A program made the translations under genes and the position numbers. The notes beneath the pieces are model-generated. The model did not search any database. It was given only the letters and a program-made list of their open reading frames with translations, and was not told the DNA's origin. 64,000 bases of DNA from an uncultured Acidobacteriota bacterium. Its GTDB lineage: Bacteria > Acidobacteriota > JAQAZP01. The stretch lies in assembly GCA_963836075.1 (NCBI GenBank), contig CAWIIB010000001.1, positions 1,536,001 to 1,600,000 on the forward strand, in the 5' to 3' direction. This document shows, in pieces, positions 19,580 through 31,800 of the stretch (position 1 is its first letter; every line of letters begins with the position of its first letter).

Positions 19580-19746
19580 CATTTTTTTATCGAACCCTGC
19601 CCCGCTTTCCCCGTTACTAATCACATAGTAGCCGGAACCAGATGATTTTCCGGCTCCGTGCATCTCTGATAACTGGAGGTATCTCACCGCATCAGGGGGG
19701 GGAATGCACTTTAATTCATGTCCTTATGTGCAAGGAGACGTATTCG

Positions 19747-21186
19747 ATGAAGCTTCGCAACATCCTGGTTCTGCTCGCTTTTCTGCCGCTGGTTTTTGGC
19801 GCCGCGGCCCAGGCGGAGACCTGGAACGGCCTGCCGCTGCACGTGCAGAAACTGAGTGACAACGCCATCAGACTGTGGATCGGGGACTACATCTCCTCCA
19901 CCGCGGTCTCGGCCATCAAAACCGACAAGGGGATCGTGGTCATCGACACCACCCAGTGCCCCACTCTCGACGAGCAGTTCCGCAAGATCATCGCCCGGGA
20001 ATTCGGCCGGGACGACTTCAAGATCCTGATCAACACCCACGAGCACGGTGACCACACCTATGGCAACGGTGTGTATGCCGACTGCCAGATCGTGGCCCAC
20101 GAACTGTGCGCCGAGGGAATGCTGGCCCGCCAGGGGGACGTGGACCGGGTTCTCGGGTGGTACGAGGAAAACCTCCCCAAGACCGAGGCCAAACTGGCCA
20201 CACTGGAAAAAGGCAGCGACGAATACAAGAAGACCGAGGAGGACCTGATCACCTCGAAGATGGAACTGAAGGCTTTCAAGTCCGGCCTGGAGCTGACCCT
20301 GCCCACCAAAACCTTTACCGACACCATGACCATCCCCATGGGCAACGTCACCTTCGAGCTCTTCGCCGTGGGCGGCACCCACACCTCCAGCGACATCTTT
20401 GTCTTCGTGCCCGAGGAGGGCCTCCTGTTCACCGGAGACATGATGGCCGACACCTGGCTCACCGACACTCCGGGCTGTCTGCAATCCTTCTCCCTGCGCC
20501 AGGGCAACAAGCGGGACATGCCCCTGCTGCTCGGGAACTGGAAAACCCTCCTCGGCCGCAAGGATGAGATCAACACCTACATCCCCGGCCACTGGAACGG
20601 CGAACTCTCCTACGAGGGATTTGCCGCCCGCTACAACTACCTGGAGACGATGTACAACGGCATCAACCAGGCGGTGAAGGACGGCAAGCCGCTGGAGGCC
20701 ATGTTCGCCGAGTACAAGCTGGAAACCCGCTTCCCCGAACTGGTGGGCCAGCCGGGCTTCACCCTCGACTTCGTACACAACGGCAACATTCTCGCCATCT
20801 GGTCCGACGCCACCGGCGCCGAATCGGCCTGTAGCGCCATGGTCGAGATGATCGAAGTTCAGGGCTGCGAAAAAGCGCTGAACAAGATGCGCAAGATCCA
20901 CGCCCGGGGAGGAAACGACTACTTCTTCCTCGAAGCCGAGTTCAACGCCCTGGGCTACCGCTACCTCACGCAGGAGCAATTCGACGAGGCCATTGCCGTC
21001 TTCACGCTGAACAGTGAGATCTATCCCGACTCGTGGAATGTCTGGGACAGCCTGGGTGAGGCGCAGTTCAAGAGCGGCAACCTGAACCAGGCCCTGGCCA
21101 GCTACGAGAAATCCGTACAGCTCAACCCCGAAAGCGTAACCGGCCCAAAGGCCATTGCTGATATCAAGGCTGCCCAAGCCAAGTAG
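19747..21186 (+). CDS. Secreted metallo-beta-lactamase-fold hydrolase with C-terminal TPR
   Basis: SD AAGGAG, signal peptide, THEHGDH, GTHT, FTGD and IPGH. TPR sequence FNALGYRYL...NVWDSLGEA. Confidence 0.85.
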   Translation: MKLRNILVLLAFLPLVFGAAAQAETWNGLPLHVQKLSDNAIRLWIGDYISSTAVSAIKTDKGIVVIDTTQCPTLDEQFRKIIAREFGRDDFKILINTHEHGDHTYGNGVYADCQIVAHELCAEGMLARQGDVDRVLGWYEENLPKTEAKLATLEKGSDEYKKTEEDLITSKMELKAFKSGLELTLPTKTFTDTMTIPMGNVTFELFAVGGTHTSSDIFVFVPEEGLLFTGDMMADTWLTDTPGCLQSFSLRQGNKRDMPLLLGNWKTLLGRKDEINTYIPGHWNGELSYEGFAARYNYLETMYNGINQAVKDGKPLEAMFAEYKLETRFPELVGQPGFTLDFVHNGNILAIWSDATGAESACSAMVEMIEVQGCEKALNKMRKIHARGGNDYFFLEAEFNALGYRYLTQEQFDEAIAVFTLNSEIYPDSWNVWDSLGEAQFKSGNLNQALASYEKSVQLNPESVTGPKAIADIKAAQAK

Positions 21187-21217
21187 AGTTTGACTGGCAA
21201 CACTCCTCCAGTCTCCC

Positions 21218-21259
21218 CCGGCGTCCCGCCCGATGGCATGCGGGATGCCGGATTTTTTT
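21218..21259 (+). terminator. Rho-independent terminator
   Basis: ccggcgtcccgc-N10-gcgggatgccgg followed by attttttt. Confidence 0.7.
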
Positions 21260-21278
21260 GCCTGCGGACCGTCAAGAA

Positions 21279-21306
21279 TTGACTTCCCCGGGTCAGTGAG
21301 TATCCT
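21279..21306 (+). promoter_or_regulatory. Possible sigma70 promoter
   Basis: TTGACT-16 nt-TATCCT. Confidence 0.35.
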
Positions 21307-21344
21307 TTGATTTTTCCCGAATGACGCCTGGCTGGACCAGACAG

Positions 21345-23612
21345 ATGAAAAAGATCCTCTTCATCATCACCCTGCTGATCCTGGCCGTACCCGCCCCGGC
21401 CGACGAGAAAAAGACCTACACCATCAAGCGAACGGCTTCGGAGATCACGGTGGACGCCCGTCTCGACGAACCGGCCTGGGCCGACGCCCTCACCGTTGAA
21501 CTGAACTACGAGACCTTCCCCGGCGACAACGTCCCGGCCCGGGTGCGCACCGAGTGCCTGCTGGCCTACGACGATTCGAATCTCTACGCCGCCTTCCGGG
21601 TCTATGATCCCGAACCGGAGAAGATCAGGGCCCATTACTCCGACCGCGACAAACCGTTCAACGACGACATGGTGGGCCTGATGCTCGACACCTTCAACGA
21701 CGAGCGGCGGGCCTACGAGTTTTTCGTCACCCCGCTGGGGGTGCAGATGGACCTGGTGGAGGACGACGTGAGCGGTACCGAGGACACCTCCTGGGACGCC
21801 ATCTGGACCTCGGCCGGCCGGCTGACTCCCGAGGGGTATGTGGTGGAGATGGCGATCCCCTTCAACCAGCTCCGCTTCCCTGCTGCGCCCGGGGTCCAGA
21901 CCTGGGGGATCGACATCGCCCGCGCCTGGCCCCGCGACCAGCGCTATCTGCTCCGTCTCCAGCCCCGGCGGATGGACATCTCCTGCCACTACTGCCAGGT
22001 CTCCAAGCTCACCGGCCTGGAAGGGCTGGAACCGGGACGGAACCTCTCTTTCTACCCCACGCTCACCGGCGTATACACCGAGCGCCGCGAGGATTTTCCC
22101 GAGGGCGGTTTCGGCACCGAGAAATCGGAACTGGAGCCCGGCATCACTGCCCGCTGGGGCGCCACCCCCAACGTCACCCTGACCGGGACAATCAACCCCG
22201 ACTTCTCCCAGGTGGAGGCCGACGTGGCCCAGTTGAGAATCAACCGCCAGTTCGCCCTCTTCTACCCCGAGAAGCGGCCCTTCTTCCTCGAGGATGCCGA
22301 CTACTTCGAGACCCCGCTCAGCGCGGTCTACACCCGCACGGTGGCCGACCCGCTGTGGGGGGCCAGGGTCACCGGCAAGCAGGGTGCCAGCGCCTTCGGC
22401 TTCTTCACCGCCCAGGACACGGTGACCAACCTGCTCTTCCCGGGCAGCGAGCAGTCGGCCTTCACCTCTCTGGACGACCCGTACCTGACCGGCGTCCTGC
22501 GCTACCGCCGGGACGTGGGAGGACATTCCAACGTCGGCTTCCTGGTCACCTCCCGCCAGGGGGCCGAGGACTACGAGAACACGGTCTACGGCGCCGACGG
22601 CCAGATCAGGCTCAGCGATGCCGACTCGATCCAGCTGCAGCTGCTGGGGTCCACCACGGCCTACCCGAACCAGGTGACCGCGGATTTCGAACAGCCCGAG
22701 GGACAGTTCAGCGGCCTGGCCGGCGTGGCCAACTACAATCACGGCAGCCGCAACTGGAACTGGTGGCTGAGGTATGAGGACTTCGGCCGGGACTTCCGGG
22801 CGGACAGCGGGTTCATCCCCCGCGTTGACTACCGCACCGGGCTGGCCGGTCTGCACTACAACTGGTGGGGCACCGACGAGGACTGGCACAGCCGCATCGG
22901 CCTGGGGGGAGACGTCGATATCACCGAAGACCAGGACGGCAACCCGCTGGAGAAGGAGGCCGAGTTCTGGGCCGAAATTCACGGCCCGCTGCAGTCCCAA
23001 TTGGAAGCTGGTGGGAGCGTGCGGGAACAGACATACCACGGAGAGACATTCGACCAGGCCTTTGGCGCACTTTTGGGCGAAATTTCACCAAACGCCTGGT
23101 TCTCCGGCCGGGTCCGTGTCGAGTTCGGCGACCACCTGGACTACACCAACGTCAGGAACGGTGATTTCCTCCAGGTCCGCCCCAGTGTGACCTGCCGTCC
23201 GGGTCGGCACTTCACCCTCGAACTGAACCATACCTACGAGCAGCTCGATGTGTCAGACCACCGGCTGCTGGTTCCCGGCCGCCTGAGCGAAGGCCGGCTC
23301 TACCAGGCCAATCTCACCGAGCTGCGCGGTATCTGGCAGTTCAACACCCGCAGCTTCGTCCGGGCCATCATCCAGTATGCCGACATCGACCGCACCCCCG
23401 CCCTCTATTACCAGCCCGTGGACGGGGAGACCCGGGACCTCTTCGGCCAGTTCCTCTATTCCTACACGCTCACCCCGCAGACCGTGCTCTACCTCGGCTA
23501 CTCGGAGAACCAGCACGCCTGGGACGACCCGTACAGCGGCACGGACAGCATCGGCCTGACCCGCAGCGACTGGACCGTATTCATCAAGATCGGCTATGCC
23601 TGGCTGCTGTGA
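21345..23612 (+). CDS. CBM9-like sugar-binding domain plus outer-membrane barrel (DUF5916-type)
   Basis: ITVDARLDEPAW, YDDSNLY, VEMAIPFNQLRF, TINPDFSQVEAD and LFYPEKRPFFLE; aromatic C-terminus KIGYAWLL. Confidence 0.8.
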   Translation: MKKILFIITLLILAVPAPADEKKTYTIKRTASEITVDARLDEPAWADALTVELNYETFPGDNVPARVRTECLLAYDDSNLYAAFRVYDPEPEKIRAHYSDRDKPFNDDMVGLMLDTFNDERRAYEFFVTPLGVQMDLVEDDVSGTEDTSWDAIWTSAGRLTPEGYVVEMAIPFNQLRFPAAPGVQTWGIDIARAWPRDQRYLLRLQPRRMDISCHYCQVSKLTGLEGLEPGRNLSFYPTLTGVYTERREDFPEGGFGTEKSELEPGITARWGATPNVTLTGTINPDFSQVEADVAQLRINRQFALFYPEKRPFFLEDADYFETPLSAVYTRTVADPLWGARVTGKQGASAFGFFTAQDTVTNLLFPGSEQSAFTSLDDPYLTGVLRYRRDVGGHSNVGFLVTSRQGAEDYENTVYGADGQIRLSDADSIQLQLLGSTTAYPNQVTADFEQPEGQFSGLAGVANYNHGSRNWNWWLRYEDFGRDFRADSGFIPRVDYRTGLAGLHYNWWGTDEDWHSRIGLGGDVDITEDQDGNPLEKEAEFWAEIHGPLQSQLEAGGSVREQTYHGETFDQAFGALLGEISPNAWFSGRVRVEFGDHLDYTNVRNGDFLQVRPSVTCRPGRHFTLELNHTYEQLDVSDHRLLVPGRLSEGRLYQANLTELRGIWQFNTRSFVRAIIQYADIDRTPALYYQPVDGETRDLFGQFLYSYTLTPQTVLYLGYSENQHAWDDPYSGTDSIGLTRSDWTVFIKIGYAWLL

Positions 23613-23626
23613 CCCGACCAGGCGAA

Positions 23627-25828
23627 TCACCAGGCGAACCGGCCGGCGGCCACGTTCACCCCGTGGGTCCAGCCATCGGGAAAGGCCTGGAGCGAGTGCC
23701 AGAGCGACAGGGTCCCATTCCGGCAACGGTAGATGTTGATCCGGGACCCGCCCTCCGGGTCAGGCCCCTCCCCCACCACCAGGTCATCGGTGCCGTCGAA
23801 GTTCAGGTCGCGGCAGGCAAAGACGGAGGCGCCGTAGCGGGCGTCCCCGGCAGGCCAGGCGAGGAAGTCGATACCGGTCAGGGGGGTGATCGTCTGACCG
23901 TCATAGTTCCAGCCGCGGATGTGAGCGCTGAATACCGGCGAAGGGCCCGGCGCGGTAATGATCTCGTCGATATTGTCTCCGTCAACATCACCACAGGTCA
24001 CCCGCACGCCCATCCGGTTCGTTCCATACGCCAGAAAGTTCACCCCGTCAATGGCCCTTGCCGGATGGTCGTCAACGGACCAGCCGCGCACGTGGGGTCC
24101 ATAGATCGCACCCGGCCCGGCACCGGTGATGATCTCATCCGGCCAGTCGCCATCGATGTTGCCGCAGGCCACGTTGACACCCCACCTGGGCGTGCCGTAG
24201 GCAAAGAAATTGATATCGGGCATGGGGCTCGCCTCGCCCGATTGGTCGTCAACGGTGAAGCCCCGGACGTGGGGCCCAAATACGGCCCCCGGCCCGGCGC
24301 CGGTGATGATCACCTCGCCCCCGTCCCGTTCCATGATCCCGGTGGTAACGTTGACCCCGTAGCGGTTTGTTCCGTACGCCATGAAACTGAGTCCGGTGAC
24401 CGGCTCACCGAATCGTGAAAACCCCCGCACATGGGGTCCGTAAATTTCACCCGGGCCGGGCCCGGTGATGATCTCCATATATGGATTGCTCGTGGTCAGG
24501 TACCCCGCGGTCACGTTCACGCCATGGCGCGGCGCGCCGTAAGCCGGAAACGCCATCGATGGCTCCGGATCCTCGGTGAGGGGAAAAACCTTTACCACGG
24601 GCGGATTGTCTTCGGACGGCCCGGCACCGGCCAGCAGCCAGACCGGCGGCGGCCAGTCCACGGGATAGTGGAAACCCATGTCCAGTCGGCCCGTATCAAC
24701 ACCCGTGTCGGTGCGCGTGGTTCCGCCGTGGGGCGGCAGCTCCGGGTTGCCGGCATCTACGCAGAGGCTGTCGACGAACTGGCCGGCCGCCTGCTGGGAG
24801 AGCAGGGACTGGCCGACAAAGAGGGGATCGACATCCAACATCCCCTCACCGATTTCAATGTCGCTGGATTCGTTATAAATCCATTGCCACCCGTTATCGA
24901 CCATTGAATAGTCGATCCCGAAGGTTCCGTAGAACACTGCGATCTCGTCTCCCAGGGTGGACCGGTTGAAGTGGAAGATGGTGTTGGAGATGATGGTATC
25001 CTGGTTAAAGTTTAGCACTCCACCGCCGTAGGTGTCCCCGCCTCCGTCACAGTCCGCCTCGTTGTAGGCGATGGTGCACTGATCGACGAGCAGGTATCCG
25101 CCCCCGGCATAGACACCTCCGCCGTAACCGATAGAATCGTAGACCGCACCGAATCCGATGGCCAGATTCCAGATGATCAGGTTGTTGACCAGGTATAGTG
25201 GTTGCTCATCGGTTCCGCAGTTGAAGAGGCAAACACCTCCGCCATAGGCGTGCACCCAATCGTAGATCCCGTCGGAATCATTGCTCCGGATGATGTTGCC
25301 GGTGATCATTGCCGAGGAATTCTCACAGAATATACCGCTGCCCGCCTGGCCCCCGTTGTCGCGGATCAGGTTGCCGGTGATGGTGGGGCTGCTGTCCAAA
25401 CAGAGAATGCCGCCGCCGCACCGCAAATCCCAGGAAGGCAGATCCGTGCCACGGCCGCGGTGGATGGTGAACCCCTCAAGAATCGAGTCGGGGCCTTCTC
25501 CGGACTCGAAGGTAACCACGCTGCCCACCCCCGGACCGTTCTCGATCCTGGTGTTCCACGGACCATCCTCGGATCGAAGGTGAACCGCCTTGCCGAGAAA
25601 ATTGATCGACTCCACGTAGTCGCCGGCGGACACCAGCACGGTGTCGCCATCTGCCGATGCGTCGATCCCGGCCTGGATGGAGGGCTGGTCACCCGGCACA
25701 TGGATCGTGTCGGCAGGTGCGGTCAGGGCGGCGGTCAGCGACAGGCCGAGCACCAGACCAGCAGGCAGGAGGATCGATCGGCACCCCCCCCTGAAAAACC
25801 TCTCGTTGATCGACATTTCGCCGCTCAC
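23627..25828 (-). CDS. Secreted right-handed beta-helix (pectin-lyase-like) protein plus C-terminal FG-GAP-like module
   Basis: TIHVPGDQPSIQAGI, GGGILCLDSSPTITGNLI repeats and DMGFHY; shared module from ~24642. Confidence 0.8.
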   Translation of the reverse strand: MSGEMSINERFFRGGCRSILLPAGLVLGLSLTAALTAPADTIHVPGDQPSIQAGIDASADGDTVLVSAGDYVESINFLGKAVHLRSEDGPWNTRIENGPGVGSVVTFESGEGPDSILEGFTIHRGRGTDLPSWDLRCGGGILCLDSSPTITGNLIRDNGGQAGSGIFCENSSAMITGNIIRSNDSDGIYDWVHAYGGGVCLFNCGTDEQPLYLVNNLIIWNLAIGFGAVYDSIGYGGGVYAGGGYLLVDQCTIAYNEADCDGGGDTYGGGVLNFNQDTIISNTIFHFNRSTLGDEIAVFYGTFGIDYSMVDNGWQWIYNESSDIEIGEGMLDVDPLFVGQSLLSQQAAGQFVDSLCVDAGNPELPPHGGTTRTDTGVDTGRLDMGFHYPVDWPPPVWLLAGAGPSEDNPPVVKVFPLTEDPEPSMAFPAYGAPRHGVNVTAGYLTTSNPYMEIITGPGPGEIYGPHVRGFSRFGEPVTGLSFMAYGTNRYGVNVTTGIMERDGGEVIITGAGPGAVFGPHVRGFTVDDQSGEASPMPDINFFAYGTPRWGVNVACGNIDGDWPDEIITGAGPGAIYGPHVRGWSVDDHPARAIDGVNFLAYGTNRMGVRVTCGDVDGDNIDEIITAPGPSPVFSAHIRGWNYDGQTITPLTGIDFLAWPAGDARYGASVFACRDLNFDGTDDLVVGEGPDPEGGSRINIYRCRNGTLSLWHSLQAFPDGWTHGVNVAAGRFAW

Positions 25829-28800
25829 TCCTCCCCGAAATTCCCGGCCGCCAGGCGGCCGCCCTGGCGGACCAGCTCCGGGTCATAGGCGATGAAGTTG
25901 ACCCGCGGCATGGGGGTCAGCGCCACGCCATCGTAGTTGAACCCCCGCACGTGGCAGGGGAAGGCCTCGCTGGGCCCGGGCACGGTGATCAGCTCGTCGA
26001 TGCCGTCGTCGTCCAGATCGCCGCAGGCCACCACCACGCCATACCCCGTGGTCTGGTCGTAGGGGAAGAAGTCCACCGACGGCATCGGCGCCAGCGTACC
26101 CTCCTCGTAACTCCAGCCGCAGACCCGCGGGCCCATTGCCGGGTCGGGCCCGGGACCGGTGACGATCTCGTCACGGCCGTCACCGTCCAGGTCGCCGCAG
26201 GCCACCCGGATGCCGAAGCGGCATGCGGCGTCGTAGGCAAAGCAGTTGATCTGGGGGATGACCACGGCCGCGGCGCCGTCCACATTCCACCCGCGAAGGT
26301 GGGGGCCGAACATCCCTCCCGGGCCGGGCCCGGTGATGATCTCATCGAAGCCGTCCCCGTCCACGTCGCCGGCGGTGACGTTGAGGCCGAACTTGTTGGT
26401 GTTGTACGCCAGGAAGCTGACCCCGGGCAGCGGGGACACCACGCGGGCCACCGGATCGTAGCTGAAGGCCCGCGCGTGGGGGCCGAAGACCGCACCCGGC
26501 CCCGGGCCGGTGATGATCTCGTCCCGCCCGTCACCATCCAGGTCTCCGCCGGCCACACCCACGCCGTAGTTCAGTGTGCCGTAGGCCATGACCATGGCGG
26601 CCCCGCCGTCCACCGGCGAGCCGTCCATCTCGAAGGCCCGGACCAGCGGCCCGAACGCCGTCCCCGGGCCGGGCCCGGTGAGAATCTCGTCGAAAAGGTC
26701 GCCGTCGATGTCCGCCGCCGCCACGTTGACCCCGTAGCGGTCGGCTCCATAGGCGGTGAACTCGTCGGAGAACTCGTACCAGTCGTTCAGTGTGCGGCGG
26801 AAGGTGCGCACCAGGGCCGGGTTGGCCTGGGCCGGTCCCGGTCCGGTGAGGATCAACGTGCGGTAGGCCATCATCAGCGCCGGGACGGTGACCACCCCGC
26901 TGTCCGGATCATCGCTCAGCACCTGGATCGTCCCCTGGTGGGTGCCGGTGCTCAGTCCGCCGGCGGCGAAGATCACCTGGATCTCCACGCTGCCTCCCGG
27001 TGCCACCTGGCCCGAAGCGGGCTGGAAGCTGATCCAGCCCACATCGCTCTGCAGCTGGAATGACAGTTCCACGCTACCGGTGTTGCCGATGAACAGCGCC
27101 GTGGCCTCCCAGGTCTCTTCGTAGAGCATCAGCTGCAGCTCCGTGGGGGTCACCACCACATTCGGGCGGCCGAGGTGGAAGTTCACCGCGGCATCAGGAG
27201 GAAGGGTGGCCTCCGCCGGAGCGGAATCGAGGTAGCCGTCAGCCGAAGCCGTCAGGGTGTAGGTGCCGGGTTCGAGGCCGACAATGTCATACTCCCCGCC
27301 CTGGCCGGCAATCACCGACCCGGATGACGGCCCGCTGTAGGTGACCACCGCGCCTTCCAGCCCGGTCCCGCCGGACATGTCGTCCACCACGCCGGCAATC
27401 CGGCTCAGCGCCTCCACGGTGAGTTCGAAGGCCCCGCGCCACACGCCGCTGACCCCCTGGGAGGCGATGGTCAGTTCCACGGTGAAGGTGGTGCCGTTGG
27501 GGCAGGATGGTGAAATGTACAGGTCAAAGTCATCCAGCGAAACAGCGCTGCCGCCCGCCGGGATGTCGTTCCAGGTTTCACTGTCGTCGGTCACGGTGAC
27601 CCAGGCGCAGTCGTTGACCTCGATGGTGGCGGTGACCGCCTGTGCGGCCGCCGCGCCGTTGTTGACCAGGGTCAGGGGGATCTCCACCGACTCCCCGGCC
27701 TCGGGGACCCCGTCACCGTCGCCCTGGCTGCTGCCCTGGCTGTCGTCATCCACCAGGTGGTCCTGGTAGGCGATCACCGGACCGTCAAAGACCTCGATGG
27801 TCAGGGGGACGGCCAGCGGGTTCTCGTCCGGGTCATTGGTGTGCAGGAGGAACTGGGCCTCGTGCACGCCGAACGCCATGTCCAGCGAACTGAAGTTCAC
27901 CATCAGCTGCTGGTTGCCCCCCGGCGCCACGCTCCCGGCCTGAATGTCCGGCTCGGCCCAGTAGCCGGTGCCGGTGACCAGCATCTGGTGGTAGGCGTTG
28001 ATCCCGGTGTCCGACTGGCTGTACGGGTCGGGCGGCGGGTAGACGTCATCCACCACACCGGTCTGCAGTGTCCCGAAGGTGGTGGTGTAGGGCGGGTACC
28101 CCGGACCGCGGTAGTAGGTGCAGGAGCTGTCGAAGGCACAACCGATGAAGTAGTATTTCCCTTCCTCCAGTTCCAGCTCAATGGGCCCGGAGCTGTACCA
28201 GGCCGTGCCGCCGCCCGGCTCCGCCACCTCGACCCCAAAGACCCTCTGGTAACTGCCGGTGAGGGAGTCGCCCTCGTAGACCACGTGCACCAGGTTGGTG
28301 GCCGAGGTCATGTTGAGCATGAAACGGACCTCGCGGAGCAGCGTCTCACTGTCCACGTGGTAGACATTGCCCCTGGTGCGGTAGCCGCCGGAATAGCTGT
28401 CATAGGTGCTGCCGAGGGTCTCCTCCTGGATCCCCACACCAGCGCCATCCACCTGCACCTCGAAGTCGAGGGTGACATCGCCCAGGTTGTCCACCCGGAA
28501 CGGCAGCTGCAGTTCGGACCACGGGGGCAGGCTCACCGAGAACGACTCGGGGGTCACGGCGATGTCCGAAGCCCCGAGGGCGAAGTCGGCCACCGCGTTG
28601 GGCGGCAGGGTCACCTGCAGGGGGACGGCATCGGAGTAACCGGCGGCCCCGGCCATGACGGTGTAGCTCCCGCTTGCCAGACCGTAGGCGAAATAGTGGC
28701 CCAGCTCGTTGGTGCCGAAACTCCTGTCGGTACCGGGCCCGCTGAGGGTCACCATGGCGGCGGGGAGAGGCATTCCGCTGCCCAACTCAGTGACCTGGCC

Positions 28801-31800
28801 GGTCACCGCGTTGAGCGTGGCGGTGATGTGGCAGGTAAATCCGTCCACCCACTGCTTCGGGCCTTCATTGGCGCTGAGCGCCAGTTCCAGCTGAAGCAGG
28901 TGCTCCGCCGGGCAGGTGCCCAACACGGTGAAACCGAAGTCGTCCAGCGACGTGCCGGCCGAGCCCGGTTCGATGTCCGGCATCTCCTCCACGGTGTCGG
29001 TGAGCTGGATATAGGGGTCGTCGGACATGAGCACCGCGGTGACACCGCTGGCGGTGACCGTGCCCCGGTTGACCAGCGAGACCTGCAGTTCGATGGTCTC
29101 GTTCGCTTCGGGATTGCCGTTGCCGTTGCCCTGGCTCTCGCCGAGGTTGTCGTCGTCGATACGGTGGTTGAGGTAGAACAGGATCGGGCTCGACTGCACG
29201 GTGAAGGTCACCGGAACGGCCAGCGTGGGCTCATCGGGATCGTTGCTCTCCAGGATCACTTCGGAGCTGTAGATACCGGCCCCCAGATCCGTGGCATCGC
29301 AGTTGACGGTGACCAGCGCCGACCCTCCGGGCGCCACCTGCCCCGAACCGGGCACCACGGTGATCCAGGGCGCCCCGGCGGTGAACGTGCCGTCCAGTTC
29401 CCGGGTGCCCAGGTTCTCCACCAGCAGGTCAACGCTGGTGTCCACGCCCTCGAAACAGAACGGGTCCAGGGTGGCGGGGGTGACGGCCACGTCCGGATCG
29501 GACTGGCCCACCAGGGAGAAAGCGCTGGCCCACTGGTGCCCGCCGTCAGCGGTCACGTCCACGCCGAACCCCAGGGCCTGGCCGTCGGGACAGGTCACGT
29601 CCAGCTCCACCACGTAGGTCCCGCTGCCGCTGGCCGAGGCGTCCGGGTCGATGTCGCCGTAGGAGACCGAATCGGCATGGATGGTGACCAGCGGGTCGCC
29701 GCTGGACAGAACCGCCGCCACTGTAGTGGCAGCCTCCACCCCGTAGTTCCGCAGCGTCACGGTGAGGTTCACCGTTTCCCCGGCATCCAGCAGGCCGTTG
29801 CCGTTGCCGCCGGAATCGTCGATGGTCCAGTTGGAGAAGGCGACGTACGGGCCGGAGGGCGGGATCACCTCCACGTCGGCCTGGTAGCGGTAGCAGTTGA
29901 CCTTGGTCACGGTCACGGTCACCGGCGGCAGGCCGGGCAACTGCCCCGGCACGGTCACGTCCACCGGCGCACCGGTGCCCTCGGCTGTGCCGAGGATCTC
30001 TCCGCCCCGGGTCAGCGCGATCAGCGACCCCTCCGGCGCGGTGACGGTGAAGAAGGGCACCATGGAGAGCAGCGCCGCACCGTGGGTCACGCTCATACTG
30101 CCGGGTACTTCGGAGTAGAGGGTGGTGAAGGGATCGGCGTGGGCGTGGAACAGATAGTAGGTGATCTCCTTGTCCGAGGGGTTGTAGGGCCAGTTGGAGG
30201 CCTCGAGGAAGTACTTGCCGCTGGCGTTGGCAAAGGCCGGCCGCAGGTCGTCCCGGCCCGGGTCCCGCCCGGTGGTGGGATAGCTGGGGTCGAAATCGGG
30301 CCACATGGAATCGTAGGAGCCGAAGACGTAGGTGTCGTTGACAAAGGAATAGGAGACGTCGGTGGCCGCGGTGATCCCCAGCGCGCCGCCCTCCATGCGG
30401 TGGAACACCTCGGCGAAGCACTCACCGCTCATGTCGAACATCCCGGTGAGGCAGTTGATGGAGAAAACCCAGGGCAGCAGGTCGCCATTGTCGATCCCCG
30501 AGAGGTCGGAGATGCCGTAGTCCGGTTCGCCCCACCCGGTCTCGCTGCCATGGTCCCGGTGCTGCAGGACAAAGCAGCCGGCATTGATCCCGGCATTGAT
30601 CCCCGCCGCCGACCCGCTGTTCCAGTCGATGGCCGGCTGGGTGTCGGGGATGTAGTTCAGCCCGGCCGTGCCGAAGTGCTCCACCAGCATCCAGGTGTTG
30701 GAGTTGGTGGACCAGGGATCGCCGGGGTCGGGGCTGCCGGAGTAGACGTTGTATTGCCGTAACGGGGTCTTTCCCAGTTCGTTGGCCCAGAACCCGCGAA
30801 CGATCTCGGTGCAGATCTGGAACCAGCGCTCGGTCTGGAAGCCGCAGGCCACCATGGGGTTGTTGTAAAAATCGGGCACGGTGGGCGGCGACTGCTCGTA
30901 GTCCAGCACCTTGTTGATCATCACCGCCAGTTCGGCGGCGTTGCGGGCGGTGATCCGGCCGGCCACCACGTCGGGCAGGTCGTCACCGTCCACGTCGGCA
31001 TAGACGTTGTCCGAGACATAGTAGCCGTGGGTCGGGCTCACCACCCCGCCCGGCTGCCCGTCAGCCGCATGGTCGCCGAGGAAGAGCACGGCCACCGGGG
31101 CCGTGCCCCAGGTGTTGTAGGCATCGTCGATGAACGATTCGATGGACGCGGCGTAGTTGCCCCCCATCTCGGTGACGGTGAAGACCTGGGAGGAGATACC
31201 CTGCAGCTGGCGGAAGTCGGCCAGGGTCTGGCCCCAGCTGATGAAGTCGGGATCGTCGGGCACGACGATGATGTATTCCACGCCGTCCAGCCCCCGGTAG
31301 TCCCGCCCGCTGTAATCCACCTCGGGCAAAAGATCGAAGTTGACCAGCTGCTTTTCCAGGATCGGGTCCCAGTGGCGGGAGCGCAGACGTTCGGTGCCCA
31401 CGGTTCCCTCACCGCCGCTGAAGGTCAGCCGGATTCGCAGATCGGTGTAGACAGTCAGCTCACCGGTCACCGGGTTGTAGCCGAAGGGCGTTATCCCCAG
31501 CATCCGTGTCTCCACCCCCCGCAGGTAGCGCCTGGTGGACATGGTCACCGGCTGCGCCGGCCACACCGCGTTGGTGCTGTAAATCACCGGGTCTTTTACC
31601 GGCAAAGGCGTCGGTTCCGTTTCCAGGGGGATCCTCGCCGCGGGCAGGACATTGATGCCGCTGAGGGTCCGGGTGCGGGACTGCAGGACTTCAACCTCGA
31701 TTTTGGCCCCGTTGGGCACTGCCACCAGCCGCCCGGCGCCGGGCAGGTTGGGCATGCCCGGTCCGGTGGGCAGCATGGCCCCGGGGATGGAGACCTGGGT

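Noticed and set aside
27757-30762. Very long antisense ORFs (also 7633..10260, 15289..17265, 21102..23039, 46964..48745, 56968..59745 and others)
   Set aside because: These are shadow frames opposite well-supported genes, expected from high-GC codon bias, and carry no recognisable motifs.
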